Shown here: piece after piece, positions 13,167-26,398 of the stretch
Layout of the letters: each line of letters opens with the position of its first letter
Position numbering within the stretch: position 1 is the first letter of the stretch
From: Gekko japonicus
Lineage: Eukaryota
DNA length: 64,000 bases
Direction: 5' to 3'
NCBI RefSeq assembly: GCF_001447785.1
Contig: NW_015165830.1
Location: forward strand, 3,888,917 to 3,952,916
Made by a program: the position numbers and the translations under genes
Notes under the pieces: model-generated
Seen by the model: the letters and a program-made list of their open reading frames with translations, nothing else
Databases searched by the model: none
What the model was told of the DNA's origin: nothing

Positions 13167-14430
13167 TAAGAACATAAGAAGAGCCCTGTTGGATCCATCT
13201 AGCTCAGTATTCTGTTTCACACAGTGACCTGCCTTTTGCCCTGGGGAGTCAAACAAACAGGGCACAAAGCCCAAGGCATCCTCCTGATCCTGCCTCTTAG
13301 CACTGGGTTTCAGAGGTTTACTACCCCTGAATATGGAGGTTCCCTTTATCATCATGGCTAGTAGCCATGATGGACCTATTCTCCATGAATCGTTCTAACC
13401 CCTTTTAAATCCATATACGCTTATGGCCATCATTACCACCACTGGCAGTGAATTTCACAATTTAGTTACTCATTGAATAAATAAAGATTTCTTTTTTTCT
13501 GCCCAATACCTATTACCTATCAACTTGGGTGCCCCAAGTTCTAGTATTATGGGAGAAGGAGCGAAAGGTCCCTCTATCCACTTTTTCTACCCCATGCATC
13601 TCCCTTATAAATAAAAGCCGAATGGTGGTGGCACTTCTCTAGAACATTCCACACACTCCGGAATTGGTTGGCACCCTGGTGTGTCACTCAGAATTTGTCC
13701 GTATCCACTGGCTGCATTGCTTGAGTCTCGCCTCCAACATTCTAAACAGTTTGCTGTTCATCTCCCCCCCATAGCCAGTCAGAACACAGAGGTTATTTGC
13801 ATATGCAGCCTCATTGGCCTTTGCCTCGGAACACAGAGGTCGTTTGCATATGCAACTTGATTGGCTTTTGCCTCTAACATTCTAAACAGTTTGCTATTCT
13901 GAGATAAAATGTGTCCAATCTCCAGGTGAGGGCTGGAGATCACTCAAAATTACAACTGTTCTTTAGGTAGCAGAGATCAGTTCCTCTGGAGAAAATGTTG
14001 GACTCGGTGTCATTATACCATGCTGCGGTCACCACAGCAAATTGACACTGAGTGTCCAAGGCCGGGGCACCCGCCCAGAGCCTCTTTCTAGAGGCCATTG
14101 TGAGGCGTGGGACCTCGGACAGGTACAAAGCCATAGACTCCACCCTCCAAACCAACCATTCCCTTCTGGGGAACCATCGTTGCCAATCTCCAGGTGAGGG
14201 CTGGAGATCACTCAAAATTACAACTGTTCTTTAGGTAGCAGAGATCAGTTCCTCTGGAGAAAATGGTGGACTCAGTGTCATTATACCCTGCTGAGGTCAC
14301 CACAGCAAATTGACACTGAGCGTCCAAGGCTGGGGCACCCGCCCAGAGCCTCTTTCTAGAGATCGTTGTATTTATTTCCACAACGGGCATTTTTCCTAGT
14401 AATTTTATAAACCTCTGTTGTGTCCCTTCA
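13167..14430 (-). mobile_element. CR1-type LINE 3' fragment split by a Helitron
   Basis: Begins aagaacataagaagagccctg; similar to 39173-39466; interrupted at cccatgca|taattttataa. Confidence 0.65.
13599..14399 (+). mobile_element. Non-autonomous Helitron (801 bp) with internal duplications
   Basis: 5' TC, 3' CTAG, inserted between A and T with no TSD; subterminal hairpin CGTTGT-10nt-ACAACG. Confidence 0.8.
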
Positions 14431-16136
14431 TTGCTGTGATAATTCCTGAAAGGTTTACCAGGAGAAGGCTAGATTGGTGGTGATAAAGAAGAATCTGTGA
14501 TATTGAGAGAGAGGCTGTTTATGGAACTTACACTAGTCAGTGGAAACCCTGCCCAATAATTACTATATTCCAACTTCTCTCTGCAGCTATGAGTACTATA
14601 GATACCAAGTAAGAACCAACTCAAGATAAGCACTTTCAGTTCCATTAATTTCACTGGCAGAGTTAAACACATGGTTAACTCTCACATTGTTCCACATCCA
14701 GTGGAAAATTTCTGCTGAAGAAAAGGAAAGGAGAGTTTCACTATTTTCTTCCTCCCATTGCAGTCCTTCAACTCCCTCCACCCATGCAATTCCCAGAGGT
14801 TTCCTGTCCTCATAGGAACAATGTTTCAGGACATATTTGGAGCTGCAGTGAAAAGCGGGAGGCAAGGAAACCCAGTTCTATAGATGGAAATCCCTTCCTC
14901 CAGCAGAGATTTTTCAAGCCATTGAAATCTGTGCACCATGAAAGTGTTTAAATTTGGCTAGATTATGCCCTTGCTTGAGGGGAGGGGGTAGTTTTATAAA
15001 CTGATTTTTTTTTTTTTTTTGAGATCCTAGTGAGTTCCCCACATTCTGTGCTTGTATGCATCAGGAAACCTGACACAGAAAATATATCTAGCATTGGCAA
15101 AAAGAAAAGTTTGTTTAAAAATGACCTGAGCACTATTTGGTCATTCAGGTTTCAACCTCCCGGGCTCATGATTTCTCAGATTCACTGGGAAGCAGATTGC
15201 TGCATTGGGAGGTTTGTGGTGTCACAGTAACTCTCCAGTTTTAGCTCTGCCAACACTTCCTGCATTTTTAAGACAATACTGCATCACAGAGCAACCCTAA
15301 GCAAAGTTATACTCATCTAAGTCCATTGGCTTCAACTGGAGTTAGAGGGCTAGAACTCTGCTTAGGATGGGCACTATAGATCTCTGTTTTTAAAGGGGGA
15401 GTCAGATTATTATCTTTCAGTTGTCAGCTAAATGTGCCAAAATGGACTTAAAAAAAAAAAGCTTGGCCTTGACAAAAAATCTGTGTAATATGGGTGGATC
15501 CAGGCTACAGTTAGAACACAGGTCAGACCTTTTACATGACTACTGTAAGGCATAACAGTCAACTCTCAATCACGTAAGCATGTTAACAAAACACAAAACA
15601 AAACTGTGATGCAAGTCAGCTCTGGAAATCTTTTGGAGGATGAGGGTAGGAGGCCCCCTGTAACCCATTCAAATGGGTAGTCTCTCTGTTACTTCTCTAA
15701 TTGGTTACTGTTAGCTTCATGAGTGTTTTTCCTGTCATGAGTTTCCCTCAAGCCTTCTCCTCTTGCATACTTTCTCCAACCACATGGCCAAATCTGTGTA
15801 AAGCTGATTAAACGGACTCTCTGATGGAATGTTGTGTTAAACTCCAGCCTGATCCAGTACAGCATACCACATGCAGCAATGTACCAAGTGACATAGGGCA
15901 GGCATATTAACTGCTTTATTATGAGAACTCTCAGGGGGTAGTAGCCATGTTAGTCTACTTGAGCAACAGTAGCAGGTACTGCGACATCTTATAGGCCTGG
16001 CAGCGTAGTCTCTAGCCCACAAAACCTCATGCCATCATATATTTGTTAAATCTTTAAGATGCCTCTAAACTCTTGGTTCTGTGTTATTATGTTTACATTG
16101 GCCACTGCTGCTTGTGTGTACATATTTTTAGATTAG

Positions 16137-16337
<201 letters not shown>

Positions 16338-16381
16338 TAATGAGTGTTGCTCGGCCACTAATCCCCTTGTGATTTGTCCAG

Positions 16382-16558
16382 GGTTCTGTTGCGTATGTAC
16401 CTCAACTAGCATGGATCCAGAATGCTACCTTGAAAGATAATATCTTGTTTGGCCACCCTTATAATGAACAGAAGTACCAGACTATTTTGGAGGCATGTGC
16501 CTTGCAGCAAGACCTTGAGGTGCTTCCTGGTGGAGATCAGACTGAGATAGGTGAGAAG
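16382..16558 (+). CDS. ABCC3: ABCC3 exon 17 (177 nt), NBD1 Q-loop
   Basis: tccag|GGTTCT...GAGAAG|gtaagg; [24 protein letters not shown]...GDQTEIGEK; preceded by an 83-nt intron. Confidence 0.95.
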
Positions 16559-16839
16559 GTAAGGCTTTCAGTAGCAAAAGTAGAGAGAAATGGCTGACCA
16601 CCAGATGCTAATGACATAAGAGGAGGAAGATCACAAGTCATGAAAAGACTCAAAGGTGATCTAAATCAGCCATGCAGAACTTGGGGGGGGGGTTTAATAC
16701 TTGGCATCTTACAGTGCAATTCTAAACTTAGTAGGGATAGAAGGGGAAAGAGGAGTTTGGGTTTTAGAAAGATGTGTGGTCTGATGTGGATGACATACGG
16801 CCATGTTACAGTTAAGCTGGCCTGGGTGTGGTCATCATG

Positions 16840-17000
16840 AGGCCATGGCTCAGTGATACAGCATCTGCTTTGGATGCAGAAGGTTCCCAGGTTCAATCTC
16901 CAGTGTCTCCAAGTAAAAGGATTAAGTAGTAGATAATGTGAAAGGCCTTCTCTTGGGATCCTGGAGGACTGCTGCCAGTCAGAGTTAGCAATCTTGACTC
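16840..17000 (+). mobile_element. Old tRNA-derived SINE fragment
   Basis: A-box-like TGGCTCAGTGA and B-box-like GGTTCAATCTCC; related - strand copies at ~19340-20050 and ~34290-34575. Confidence 0.6.
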
Positions 17001-17074
17001 TCTCACACACACACAGAGCTACTTTATACTGAGTCAGTCTGAATGTTATAATATTGAATTTTTATGGTTTTAAT

Positions 17075-17488
17075 CAGGGGTCGTTTCGTAGAAAAAGAGC
17101 TAGGGGAACTCATTAACATAACTCATTAGCATATGCCACACCCCCTGACATCACCAGAAGTGTGTCATAAGGTCACACACCCCGCCCCCAACGGTCCCGG
17201 CCGCCGCTGCCGGCCTTGCAGCTCCACTGCCGAGCCCCATGAGGGGCCCGGCGGTGGACCTGCAAGGCCGGTGGGAGTGCAAGGAAGCCCCGCGAAGGCC
17301 CTCCCTGGCCCCAGGCAGGCAGGGGTGGGGAGAGGCAGGGAGGAAGCAACTTACCCTCCCTCTTCTCCTGCCTCCTCCTGGCTGAATGAGGGCCGGAAGC
17401 AGGGGGCGGGGCTTCGTCATGTGCCCCGCCCCCCGTACCTCACCCGGGGAACTGCATTCCCCCGTGTTCCCCCCCGAAATGATCTCTG
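17075..17488. mobile_element. 414-bp GC-rich hAT-type MITE
   Basis: Imperfect TIRs CAGGGGTCGTTTCG / CGAAATGATCTCTG; perfect 8-bp TSD GTTTTAAT. Confidence 0.85.
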
Positions 17489-18676
17489 GTTTTAATTGGT
17501 TTTATAATGTACTGAATTATTCTGTTGTAAACTGCCCTGAGCCCCACACAAGCAGGGAAGGGCAGTCAAGAAATCTAATAAAATGAGTAAATAAATTCAT
17601 GTGTGGGGGGGGATTTGAGGGAATCCTATATAAAAGAAGACATAGAGATAATCTTAAGTAAGAGTTGAGTTCCATGGCAGAAATATAAATTAAATGCCTA
17701 AATAAAATAGTGGGGGGAAACTTGGTGGCAGTGGGGAAAAGACAAAGATTGATAAAATGGGGAAGGAAAGAATGACAATGGGGACAATGAGCGGGGAGGA
17801 TAAAGGTAGGGGATGGACATTTTAATAAGAGAATCAAATGGGGGGGGAAGGACATGAGTAAAATGTGGGATGAAGAAAGTGAAGTGTAAGAAAAAATCAG
17901 GGAATGGCTTCTAGATAAGCTTGCCTTTGAAGCCATTGGGGAATAACTGGCTGTTTTCTCTTAAAAGAAACTGCTGTTGAAATTCTCCCTATTATTGGTT
18001 TTTAAGGATAATGGAATAGGGGCCAGGCAATGGCAATGGTGCATATGGGAAATGATACCTGCTTCTTTCCCTCTCCAGCAGCCCAGCTGTTGAGTGGCAG
18101 GTCCAACCATTTAAGACTGCTAGCCACCTGGATTTTACTCAGATCACTAAAGCAAGTGATTTCTAATGCACAGGGTTCAGAAGAACAACTGTTGGTTGTC
18201 AGCCGAGGTGATAAGGAAGACCCTGAACATGAAAGTCAAGGTTATTCATCAAACCTTCACAAAAATAATTTTCCAGCTATTTTAGCATTATTCTGCCTTG
18301 TCTGACATTCCATCTCCCTTTTTCTTACTGTAGATGTTGAGAGTTCCATTTATAATTTGATTGGATGACAAAAGTGATGTTTACTATGACAGCTTTTGCC
18401 TGCTACAGTCAAATTCTGGGAGCATTTAATTGCTTTATCTGTGTTCAGGAATCTGCTTTGTTCAGCCAGCAGTTCAAAAACTTTGAATATACAATGTGGT
18501 GCTATGTGGGGACTGTGACTGATGGATTCAAAAATCCATGCTTGACAATCTGAAGCACCAAACCTTGCATGAGCATCATAGTAGAAAAAGTGGGTTGTTA
18601 GCTAAATGGACCTTCAGGCAGTTGTTGAATATGCTGTTTGTGGACCTGGTACTACTACAGAATTTAAAAGCTGTAA

Positions 18677-18877
<201 letters not shown>

Positions 18878-19439
18878 TAGGTATCTAGGAATGTTCAGTT
18901 GTGTCAGCATAGTAGAAACTGTGATGTCATATGTGAAATTATGAGAACAACAATTCTGTGCTGCATTAAAGGTTATTCCTGACAACTAATGGTGCTACAG
19001 AACTATTGATTGGGGCCTGTCTGCCTTACAGCCACACTTCACTTCGCTTCCTTCCTTCCTTCTCCATAAGGCAATCAAAGTTTGTGAAGAAAGGAAGAGA
19101 AAGAAGTAAATAACTTAGAGACTATGCACCTAGATTTGGCATATGTAGACCACTGCCTCTCATCCACTCCAATCTGTAGTTCCAAGCATATTGCATCTCA
19201 ATTAATGTCTCCCTTTATTTCTCCCCTTACATCTCTTGCCATTAATTTTTGATGACCTTTCCCATTCCCTGTTGCCCTTCTGCTGATGCTTGGGAAGAAA
19301 TGTGCTGGGAAAGTCAAATTCTAACTTGTGCATGGTCTGAGCTTCTGAAGTCAGGGCATCGATCCATCTAGCTAGTAGTGTGGAGCTGGTTCTTTAATGT
19401 CTCAGGCAGAAAAAGGTCTGTCCCAATTTCTGCTACCTA

Positions 19440-19957
19440 GGCCCTGGTCACACGGGCCAGATAATGCAAGGGGGGGAGGCGTGGCTGTTTGCCCTGGAGC
19501 AAAATAAAGCACAGTAGCCTAATCACACGGTCCCCCGAGTCTTCGTGCTTAGGCTGTTAGCTGGCTATCACACGGCTATGCTGGAGTGTGGCAAAGAAGC
19601 AGCACGTCAAGCATTTCGCATTTGTGCATATGCACAGTTTCGCGGAGCAGCAGTGCTTTCAGTTACGTGTTTGTGCGCATGTGCTTATGAAAAACATCCA
19701 GTTTGCAACGGGATGTGGACGGGCGCCGGATGCCACGGGATTCTAGCGCTCCCGCGATCAGACGCCCACCCCTGCCCCTCATTTTCTGGATACTAGTGCA
19801 CTTTCCAAGGTTTTTTTGTATTGCACATCTTCGGCGGGACGCCACAGGTTGGCCACGGGTGTGCTATGCTTCCCAGATGTTGCCATGTGATCGCGCCCCG
19901 AAAATCCACCTGACATTCGTGCCTTTAGCGTGGCAAATCCTCCGTGTGAATGGGGCC
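19440..19957 (-). mobile_element. PIF/Harbinger-type MITE, copy A
   Basis: TIRs GGCCCTGGTCACACGG / CCGTGTGAATGGGGCC; 3-bp TSD CTA; inserted in an old SINE. Confidence 0.75.
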
Positions 19958-20244
19958 CTAAAGTCTTTTTTTACCTAGAGATGCCAGGGATTGAATCTAA
20001 GACCTTCTGCATGGAACATATGTGCACCACCACTCAGCCTGACTGCCATGGTTAAAGAAAAGGGGCATGTAGGTAGCTAAATAAGGTAGCTAAAATAAAA
20101 TAAATAATAAAGTAGCTAAAATGAGCCGACAGCATAGATGGAGAAACTTCTTTGCTCACTCAGATGAGTGAACGGCCTTAGTTGGCTTGCTTAGCAGGTT
20201 CCATGAGTTGTCAGGTCTCTAAAACCCTAGATAAAACTCCCCAG

Positions 20245-20450
20245 CAGTGTTCCCTCTAAGCTGAGTTAGTGTGAGCTAGCTCACAGTTTTTTAGCCTCTG
20301 GCTCATTCATTTTTGGCTTAGCTCAGGAAGGAGGGCTCCAGAACAAACTAATTTATGCAGAAGCCAAATCGCTTGCTCACAACTTTAATTTCAGGAGCTC
20401 ACAAAGTAGAATTTTTGCTCACAAGACTCCACAGCTTAGAGGGAGCATTG
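20245..20450 (+). mobile_element. 206-bp hAT-type MITE, copy 2
   Basis: Same TIRs and body as copy 1; TSD CTCCCCAG / CTCCCTAG (7 of 8). Confidence 0.9.
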
Positions 20451-22339
20451 CTCCCTAGATACCTTCTTTCTCTTTTCTGACATCCTCTCTGGGAGGGTAG
20501 CATTAAGCTAGCTCAGGTTCCCCCTTGGGATCTCTGAATTATCATGGGAAATGAAAAGTTTTGTCGCTTTTAAAGTATGGAATCATAAAAAAGAAAAAGA
20601 AAAATGAAAGTTCAATTGAGCTTGTAAGAGGGACTTCCCATTCACCCATGATTAATTCCTGACCTCACTATAGTTTAATAGAACATTCTTTGTGGGAAGT
20701 GGGCAAATTACCTGTAGTATTTTTAAACTGCTTTACTTCCCCCCCCCCCCCCAGTCTTCTATTGGACTGTGGGATTTTGTCTCCATTGTCTTCTCAGTTG
20801 TTCTTTTACATTCTCATTGCACTCAGTTCTGCTATTTCTTTTATCATCTCTGTGCATGCATGCTCTCTTTTGTACTTTTGATTCTCTTGTTTTTTCTACT
20901 TGTCGTTGTATTTGACCCATTACTTCCCAACTTTGGCTCGATTCTTCTCTGAGGGCAGAACCTGACATTGTAAGAAACATGGATCTGCTTCCTTCTTCCT
21001 GGTAGCACCTAGTGTTACACAACATGTGCCTGTTTATTCATTTATTCTAAAGTATTTCTAGGCTGTACTCTCAACCAAAAGGTTCTCAAAGTGCTTTACA
21101 AAGGAGCGTCTGAAAATGTTATAATATGTGATACTGTTGCACTGTTTGTCCATCCCTTGCCCCCGCCTCCGTCTCACACAATTGTCTGATAGTGGTGGGG
21201 ACAAGGAAGTTGCACAGTGGAGTATCATCACATCCCACAGTGTATTAAATATCTGGAAACTTCCGCTGGTCCAAAATGAGATGGTGAAGCTATTGCCAGG
21301 GACTAGACACAGGGATTATGTCACCCCTGTGGTGATAGATCTACCCTGACTGCCAGCCTGTTTCTGGCTACAATTCAAAGCACTGTTTCTTTACCTTGAA
21401 GGCCCTAATATGGCTGGGGGCCAGGGTACTTGAAGAACCACTTCCTCCTGCCAGGTAAGATGCTCCTTCCAAAACTTGCTCTCCATGGACCTGCTTGCTG
21501 AGGTAAGGCAGGTGGCAACAGGAAATGGAGGTTTTTCTGAAGTGATACCTTACTTTTGGAATATGCTCCCATTTGAAGTTCATTGGCGCATACTTTACTG
21601 ATCTTTAGGCATCAGGCCAAAGCATTTCTTTATACCCAGATTTTCAGCTTAAGAATTCCATGTTTTAAAGCTGTTGTTGTTACAGTTACTTCTAGCCTGA
21701 GGACTGTCTTCTTGATATAATTTTAGGCTGCTGAATGTTGTTTTATACTATTTTTATACCCCTGACTTGTTTTACTACTAATTTTTACGTTGTTATACCT
21801 GTTACCTCAGTGTATTTTTTTTACTTTGAGAACTGACTCGATCAGGCAGCATATACCTTTTCTAAACAAATTTTGGGACATTGCCCGAATGAGAAGAGAA
21901 GGAAATACCAAGTTGCAGCAGTTCCATGTTCTGCCCTTAGAACTGTTCTTTATTGTGTCCGGATTCCTGAAACAGGGCATTTTGGGTTTGTCAGTCCAGA
22001 GCCATAATGATTTTCTGCACCGACAATCACCTTTCTATTTCTTTTGTATTTGTCTGAACTTTGAGTTATCTAGCCTTCAGTGCCTTTGTTCCACTTCCAA
22101 TTCATCATTCTGTTTTTTTTCCTGTTCCCTTTTGTCTCGTTAAAATTATGCCGTTTATTTTATTGACAAAATTTTCAGCTGCATTGCCTGCTCTTTTTCC
22201 CTCCTCCTTTCTTTTTGTAAGTGCCTCCTTCTGAGATGGCGCATCTTTTTTCAATTCCACCTCATTCTGCCCCCCCCCCGATTTCGTGTGTTCTCTTCTA
22301 TTGCAACTTCTATGTTATCTTTCATTCACAGTACTAGTG

Positions 22340-22343
<4 letters not shown>

Positions 22344-22391
<48 letters not shown>

Positions 22392-22594
22392 ATGCGTGTG
22401 TGTACCAATGCCTGGAAGTCATGGTGGCCTCTGGCAACTTTTATTGGGGCATGGAGGACGTTCAGAGAAGTGGCTTGATAGCCTTGCCCTGGTATTCCTT
22501 GGAGGTCTCCCTTCCAAATACTTGCCAGGGTTGGCACCGCTTAGCTTCCGAGATCTGACATGATCAGGTTTGCCTGGGCTGTCCAGGTCAGGGC
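22344..22594 (-). mobile_element. 5S rRNA-derived SINE (SINE3 type) with (CA)n tail
   Basis: - strand reads GATCTCGGAAGCTAAGC...CCTGGCAAGTATTTGGAAGGGAGACC...GGAATACC (5S internal control region); 17-bp TSD CACAGTACTAGTGTTCT. Confidence 0.85.
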
Positions 22595-22962
22595 CACAGT
22601 ACTAGTGTTCTTATGCTTATTGTTTCCTTTCTTTCTGCTGTTTAATGAGCTGTTGTCAGTCCTCTCTCAATGCATCTTCTCTCTCTGGTTATTGTACCAT
22701 TTTCTTCCAAACCACGTGGTTCAGACTTACAAGGCTTTCTGAGCCACTGGTAGTTGCTAATCTCACCTGTGTGAACCACAAGTGTAACTTATGTGAGAGC
22801 AACATTTTACTCATAAGTTTCATTCACCATGGGACATTTATGGTAGTCTTTGATATCATGGAAAACACCCACTACTTTATTGATTGTGGGCCATATTTCT
22901 GTCAAAATTTACTTTAATTTATAACAAGATATATTCTGACTTCTATATTATTGCATTTTCAG

Positions 22963-23146
22963 ACTCGAATTTTGGTGACCCATGGCATCAACTTTCTCCC
23001 TCAGGTGGACCACATAGTTGTCATGGTGGATGGCAGAATCTCTGAAATGGGGTCCTACCAAGAGCTTTTGAAACAAAATAAATCTTTTGCAGAGTTTCTC
23101 CGTAATTATGCACCTGATGAAGATATAGAAGAAGATGAGCCAACAA
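22963..23146 (+). CDS. ABCC3: ABCC3 exon 19 (184 nt)
   Basis: ttcag|ACTCGA...CAACAA|gtgagg; TRILVTHGINFLPQVDHIVVM...GSYQELL. Confidence 0.93.
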
Positions 23147-23925
23147 GTGAGGACTTTTCATTTGTCTTAGGGTGTCTTCAGTCTGGTAGTCAGGTCGAAA
23201 GACCATACTAGGTTAAAAGGCCAAGGCTAGAGCTATTTTGAAAGAGTTTAATATATTTTTTAAAAAAGAATGTTAGTACTTATCCATATAACCACACATG
23301 TAGCACTTTTAAAAATGGGGAGAGTGGGAGGGTAGTACCTCCCAGCAGGGCCACTGTTCAAAAACATTTCTTTTCAACGTTTATGGTAGAATTGAAATTA
23401 ACTAGACCCAAAGCTGCTTGCAGTCTGTTGGTATTAGTTTCACCAGTCTTTTAGTAGAATTGGCTGCAACTGAGAATTAGGATAGGAAGCAACAATCATT
23501 TCTCCCTCTTTTGAGAGAATCCATCTCTCCTGATTTCTCTTCCCACTCCTCATTACCTTTCTGTAATTATCAACCCAATAAAGCTGGATCAGGACAATAG
23601 CCATGGTAACATTAGTTACTTCCCATTGCTCGTCAGAAATAACTGTTCAACATTCATAATGTACAAAGATCTTGGCTTCTAGCCATCACTTGGTGCACTG
23701 TAATGGGATCCATTTAGTCTGGCAGAGCTGGCATCTGACACTGCTTGTCAAATGAAATTGCAAGATTTGTCTAAAGACCATGAGGTCCCCTTGTTCTTCC
23801 AAAACAGCTTCTCTTCAGTAGCTTAGGAAGCTTTGTTTTCAGCACTGACTTTCTAAGATCATCTAAGTAAAAAAATAAAAATTAAAAAATCTAAAATAAT
23901 CTGAAGATTTACTCTCTCATTCCAG

Positions 23926-24031
23926 TAGTGGAGGATGAGGAGGTGCTGCTTGCTGAAGATACGCTCAGCAACCATACAGATCTGGCAGACAGTGAACCAG
24001 TGACTAATGAAGTCCGAAAGCAGTTCCTGAG
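23926..24031 (+). CDS. ABCC3: ABCC3 exon 20 (106 nt), linker
   Basis: tccag|TAGTGG...CCTGAG|gtaaac; VEDEEVLLAEDTLSNHTDLADSEPVTNEVRKQFL; start could be 23929 (tandem acceptor). Confidence 0.88.
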
Positions 24032-24161
24032 GTAAACGCGGAAACAATTTTAAAGATACCATCCTGCCCGCAGAAATCATGTATAGTTGCCTGATTTGGA
24101 AGTTCAGCTGCCTCATCATAATTTCTGTGTTCTATTTCTCTCTCTTTCTCTGCTAAATTAG

Positions 24162-24309
24162 ACAACTCAGTGTAATATCCTCCGATGGAGAATGTCCTAG
24201 CAAAATGTCTACAAAAAGAAGGGTGTGTGATAAAAAGCCACCTGAGCCTCTTCTACCTAGAAAAAGTCCTGAGAAACTTATCCAGGCAGAAACCACAGAA
24301 ACAGGGACG
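24162..24309 (+). CDS. ABCC3: ABCC3 exon 21 (148 nt), linker
   Basis: attag|ACAACT...GGGACG|gtaagg; QLSVISSDGECPSK...KLIQAETTETGT. Confidence 0.92.
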
Positions 24310-25511
24310 GTAAGGAACATGAGTCAAATAAGGGTGCATTTCTCCTTTAAAGTTACTTTCTGGTTAGATACCTGACAGAGAAGTAGAAAGTGACTAACCA
24401 AAATATGCGCAGAGATATCTGAGAAATTTGATAGCCTAGTCAAGTTTGCGAGTACCTTTTTCAAAAGTCTTCCTAATTGGGGATAAATTAAAAATTCCTA
24501 AACATAATGAATATAAAGTGGGATGAAAGGGAGCAAGATTTGAATGAACTAACTTTTAAATTTATTGTGGAAGAACAACTAGCAAGTGAGCCAGTTGTTC
24601 CTTGTCATCCCACGTTAGAAAACAGACGAACAGAACAGTGAGGAAAGGGGAAGTAGACTTCATGAACTTATCTAAAGTCCTGCTGTTTGAGAAGTATAAG
24701 CAACCAAAAGTAAATAAAGCTTGAGTCCAGCGGCACCTTTAAGACCATAAGTAAATAATGAATGATAAAAATACAAATATGATGTCGTTAGGAGAAGGTA
24801 TGCCATTGGCCATTAGCAACATCAGCTACGGGGTATGAGGGGGGAAATATTTTTTTGACTGAGTGCCAGTACATTAATTATGTAACTCAAGAATCCAGTT
24901 GATTGCAAGCCCTAAGGTCCATGAGAGAAAAAAACCTGCAATAAATGGTAAAAACTGGAAACCTACATCTGCAGAATCCTGACATCAGGGGCCAACAACC
25001 TGGGAAATTATATGAGAAATTATTTGAAGGTAGAAGCACATTCTCTATTATTGGAATACAAGTAAGAGCTCTCATAAATGGAAACCTAAATCGGAGTGCT
25101 ACCTGGCGCTTTTGAAATAGAATATAGATCTAAGAAATACTCTTAATACTGTTTTTTTCTCTCTCTCTCTCCATGGAATACAATAGAATCCTCTTTGTCT
25201 AGACACATCTAATATGGGTTCTCCTTCAGTCTTCCTGCTGCATCTCTTACTATAAATAATTCTGTATGTGTTAAAAAGTGCTGCTGCTGTTGTGGACATC
25301 TCTCTATTGCAGTCAAATTTTCTTTCTTCAGAACTGTCCACATTTGGGGTGTCTATAATGTGCTCTAGAATTTCATGTTGGTGTTTGCTGCTGCTGCTGT
25401 TGTTGGCGATTTCTGGTTTCCCAGCTCACAGGAAACATTCTGTCACTGTTTGGTCCAGGCATTGGGTTTTATAATCTAAATGAACCTTCTTTGTGTTATA
25501 CCAAATTATAG

Positions 25512-25719
25512 GTCAAGCTGACTGTTTTCTGGCAATACATGAAGGCTGTTGGTCCCTTTGTCTCTTTATTCATATGCTTCCTATACTCCTGTCAAAATGC
25601 TGCTGCAATTGGGTCTAATGTATGGCTCAGTATTTGGACCAGTGAACCTGTGGAAAATGGCACTCAGCACAATGTGAATATGTATGTTGGAGTCTATGCA
25701 GCTCTGGGCCTCTTGCAAG
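25512..25719 (+). CDS. ABCC3: ABCC3 exon 22 (208 nt), TMD2 start
   Basis: tatag|GTCAAG...TGCAAG|gtatga; VKLTVFWQYMKAVG...GVYAALGLLQ. Confidence 0.95.
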
Positions 25720-26192
25720 GTATGACACATGTCTTTGCGGTATCTCCTTCACAGAAGATTAGAGATGCATATGTGTCTAGTTAAAGAACAGGCAAAGGAA
25801 GAAGATGCTCTGTATGTCACAGGCCTGTGGAGTATAGAATAAGCCAGTGATTCTTTAATTGTACCCTGGGGGGACACCAATAGCCTCTGGTTTCTAGAAT
25901 CCACAGGGGAAATAACAAAGAAAAATGCTGAAGAGAGAGAATTTTCTTTGAAGTTGCATGCATCAATTCAGTGGTTGCAGTGGAAGCTTCAAAACTCTGC
26001 ATGTTTCTCCCCAATATCTGCATAAGCTTTATTGGATTATGGCCACAAAGACATATTGAGATTTCACATGTCATCTCACTATGATAGTGATGGTCTGGAA
26101 AATCAGAATCATAGTTCTCCGAACAGCAAAATGTAAGAACCAGAGCGGTACATAAATCTTTGCTATGCTCTAAGAATTCCTATACCTGGCAC

Positions 26193-26398
26193 CAATGTTC
26201 CCTCTAAGCTGTGGAGTCTTGTGAGCAAAAATTCTACTTTGTGAGCTACTGGCATTAAAGTTGTGAGCGAGCAATTTGGCTACTGCATAAATTGGTTTGC
26301 TCTGGGGCCCTCCTTCCTGAGCTAAGACAAAAATGTGTGAGCTGGAGGCTAAAAAACTGTGAGCTGGCGCACACTAACTCAGCTTAGAGGGAACACTG
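26193..26398 (-). mobile_element. 206-bp hAT-type MITE, copy 3
   Basis: Reverse orientation; perfect 8-bp TSD CCTGGCAC. Confidence 0.9.

Noticed and set aside
13915-14360. Direct repeats as a CRISPR-like or satellite array
   Set aside because: Only two long units, inside a Helitron, in vertebrate intron DNA.
22470-22594. Functional 5S rRNA gene
   Set aside because: Diverged 5' end, no T-run terminator, extra body and tail, and bounded by a TSD.
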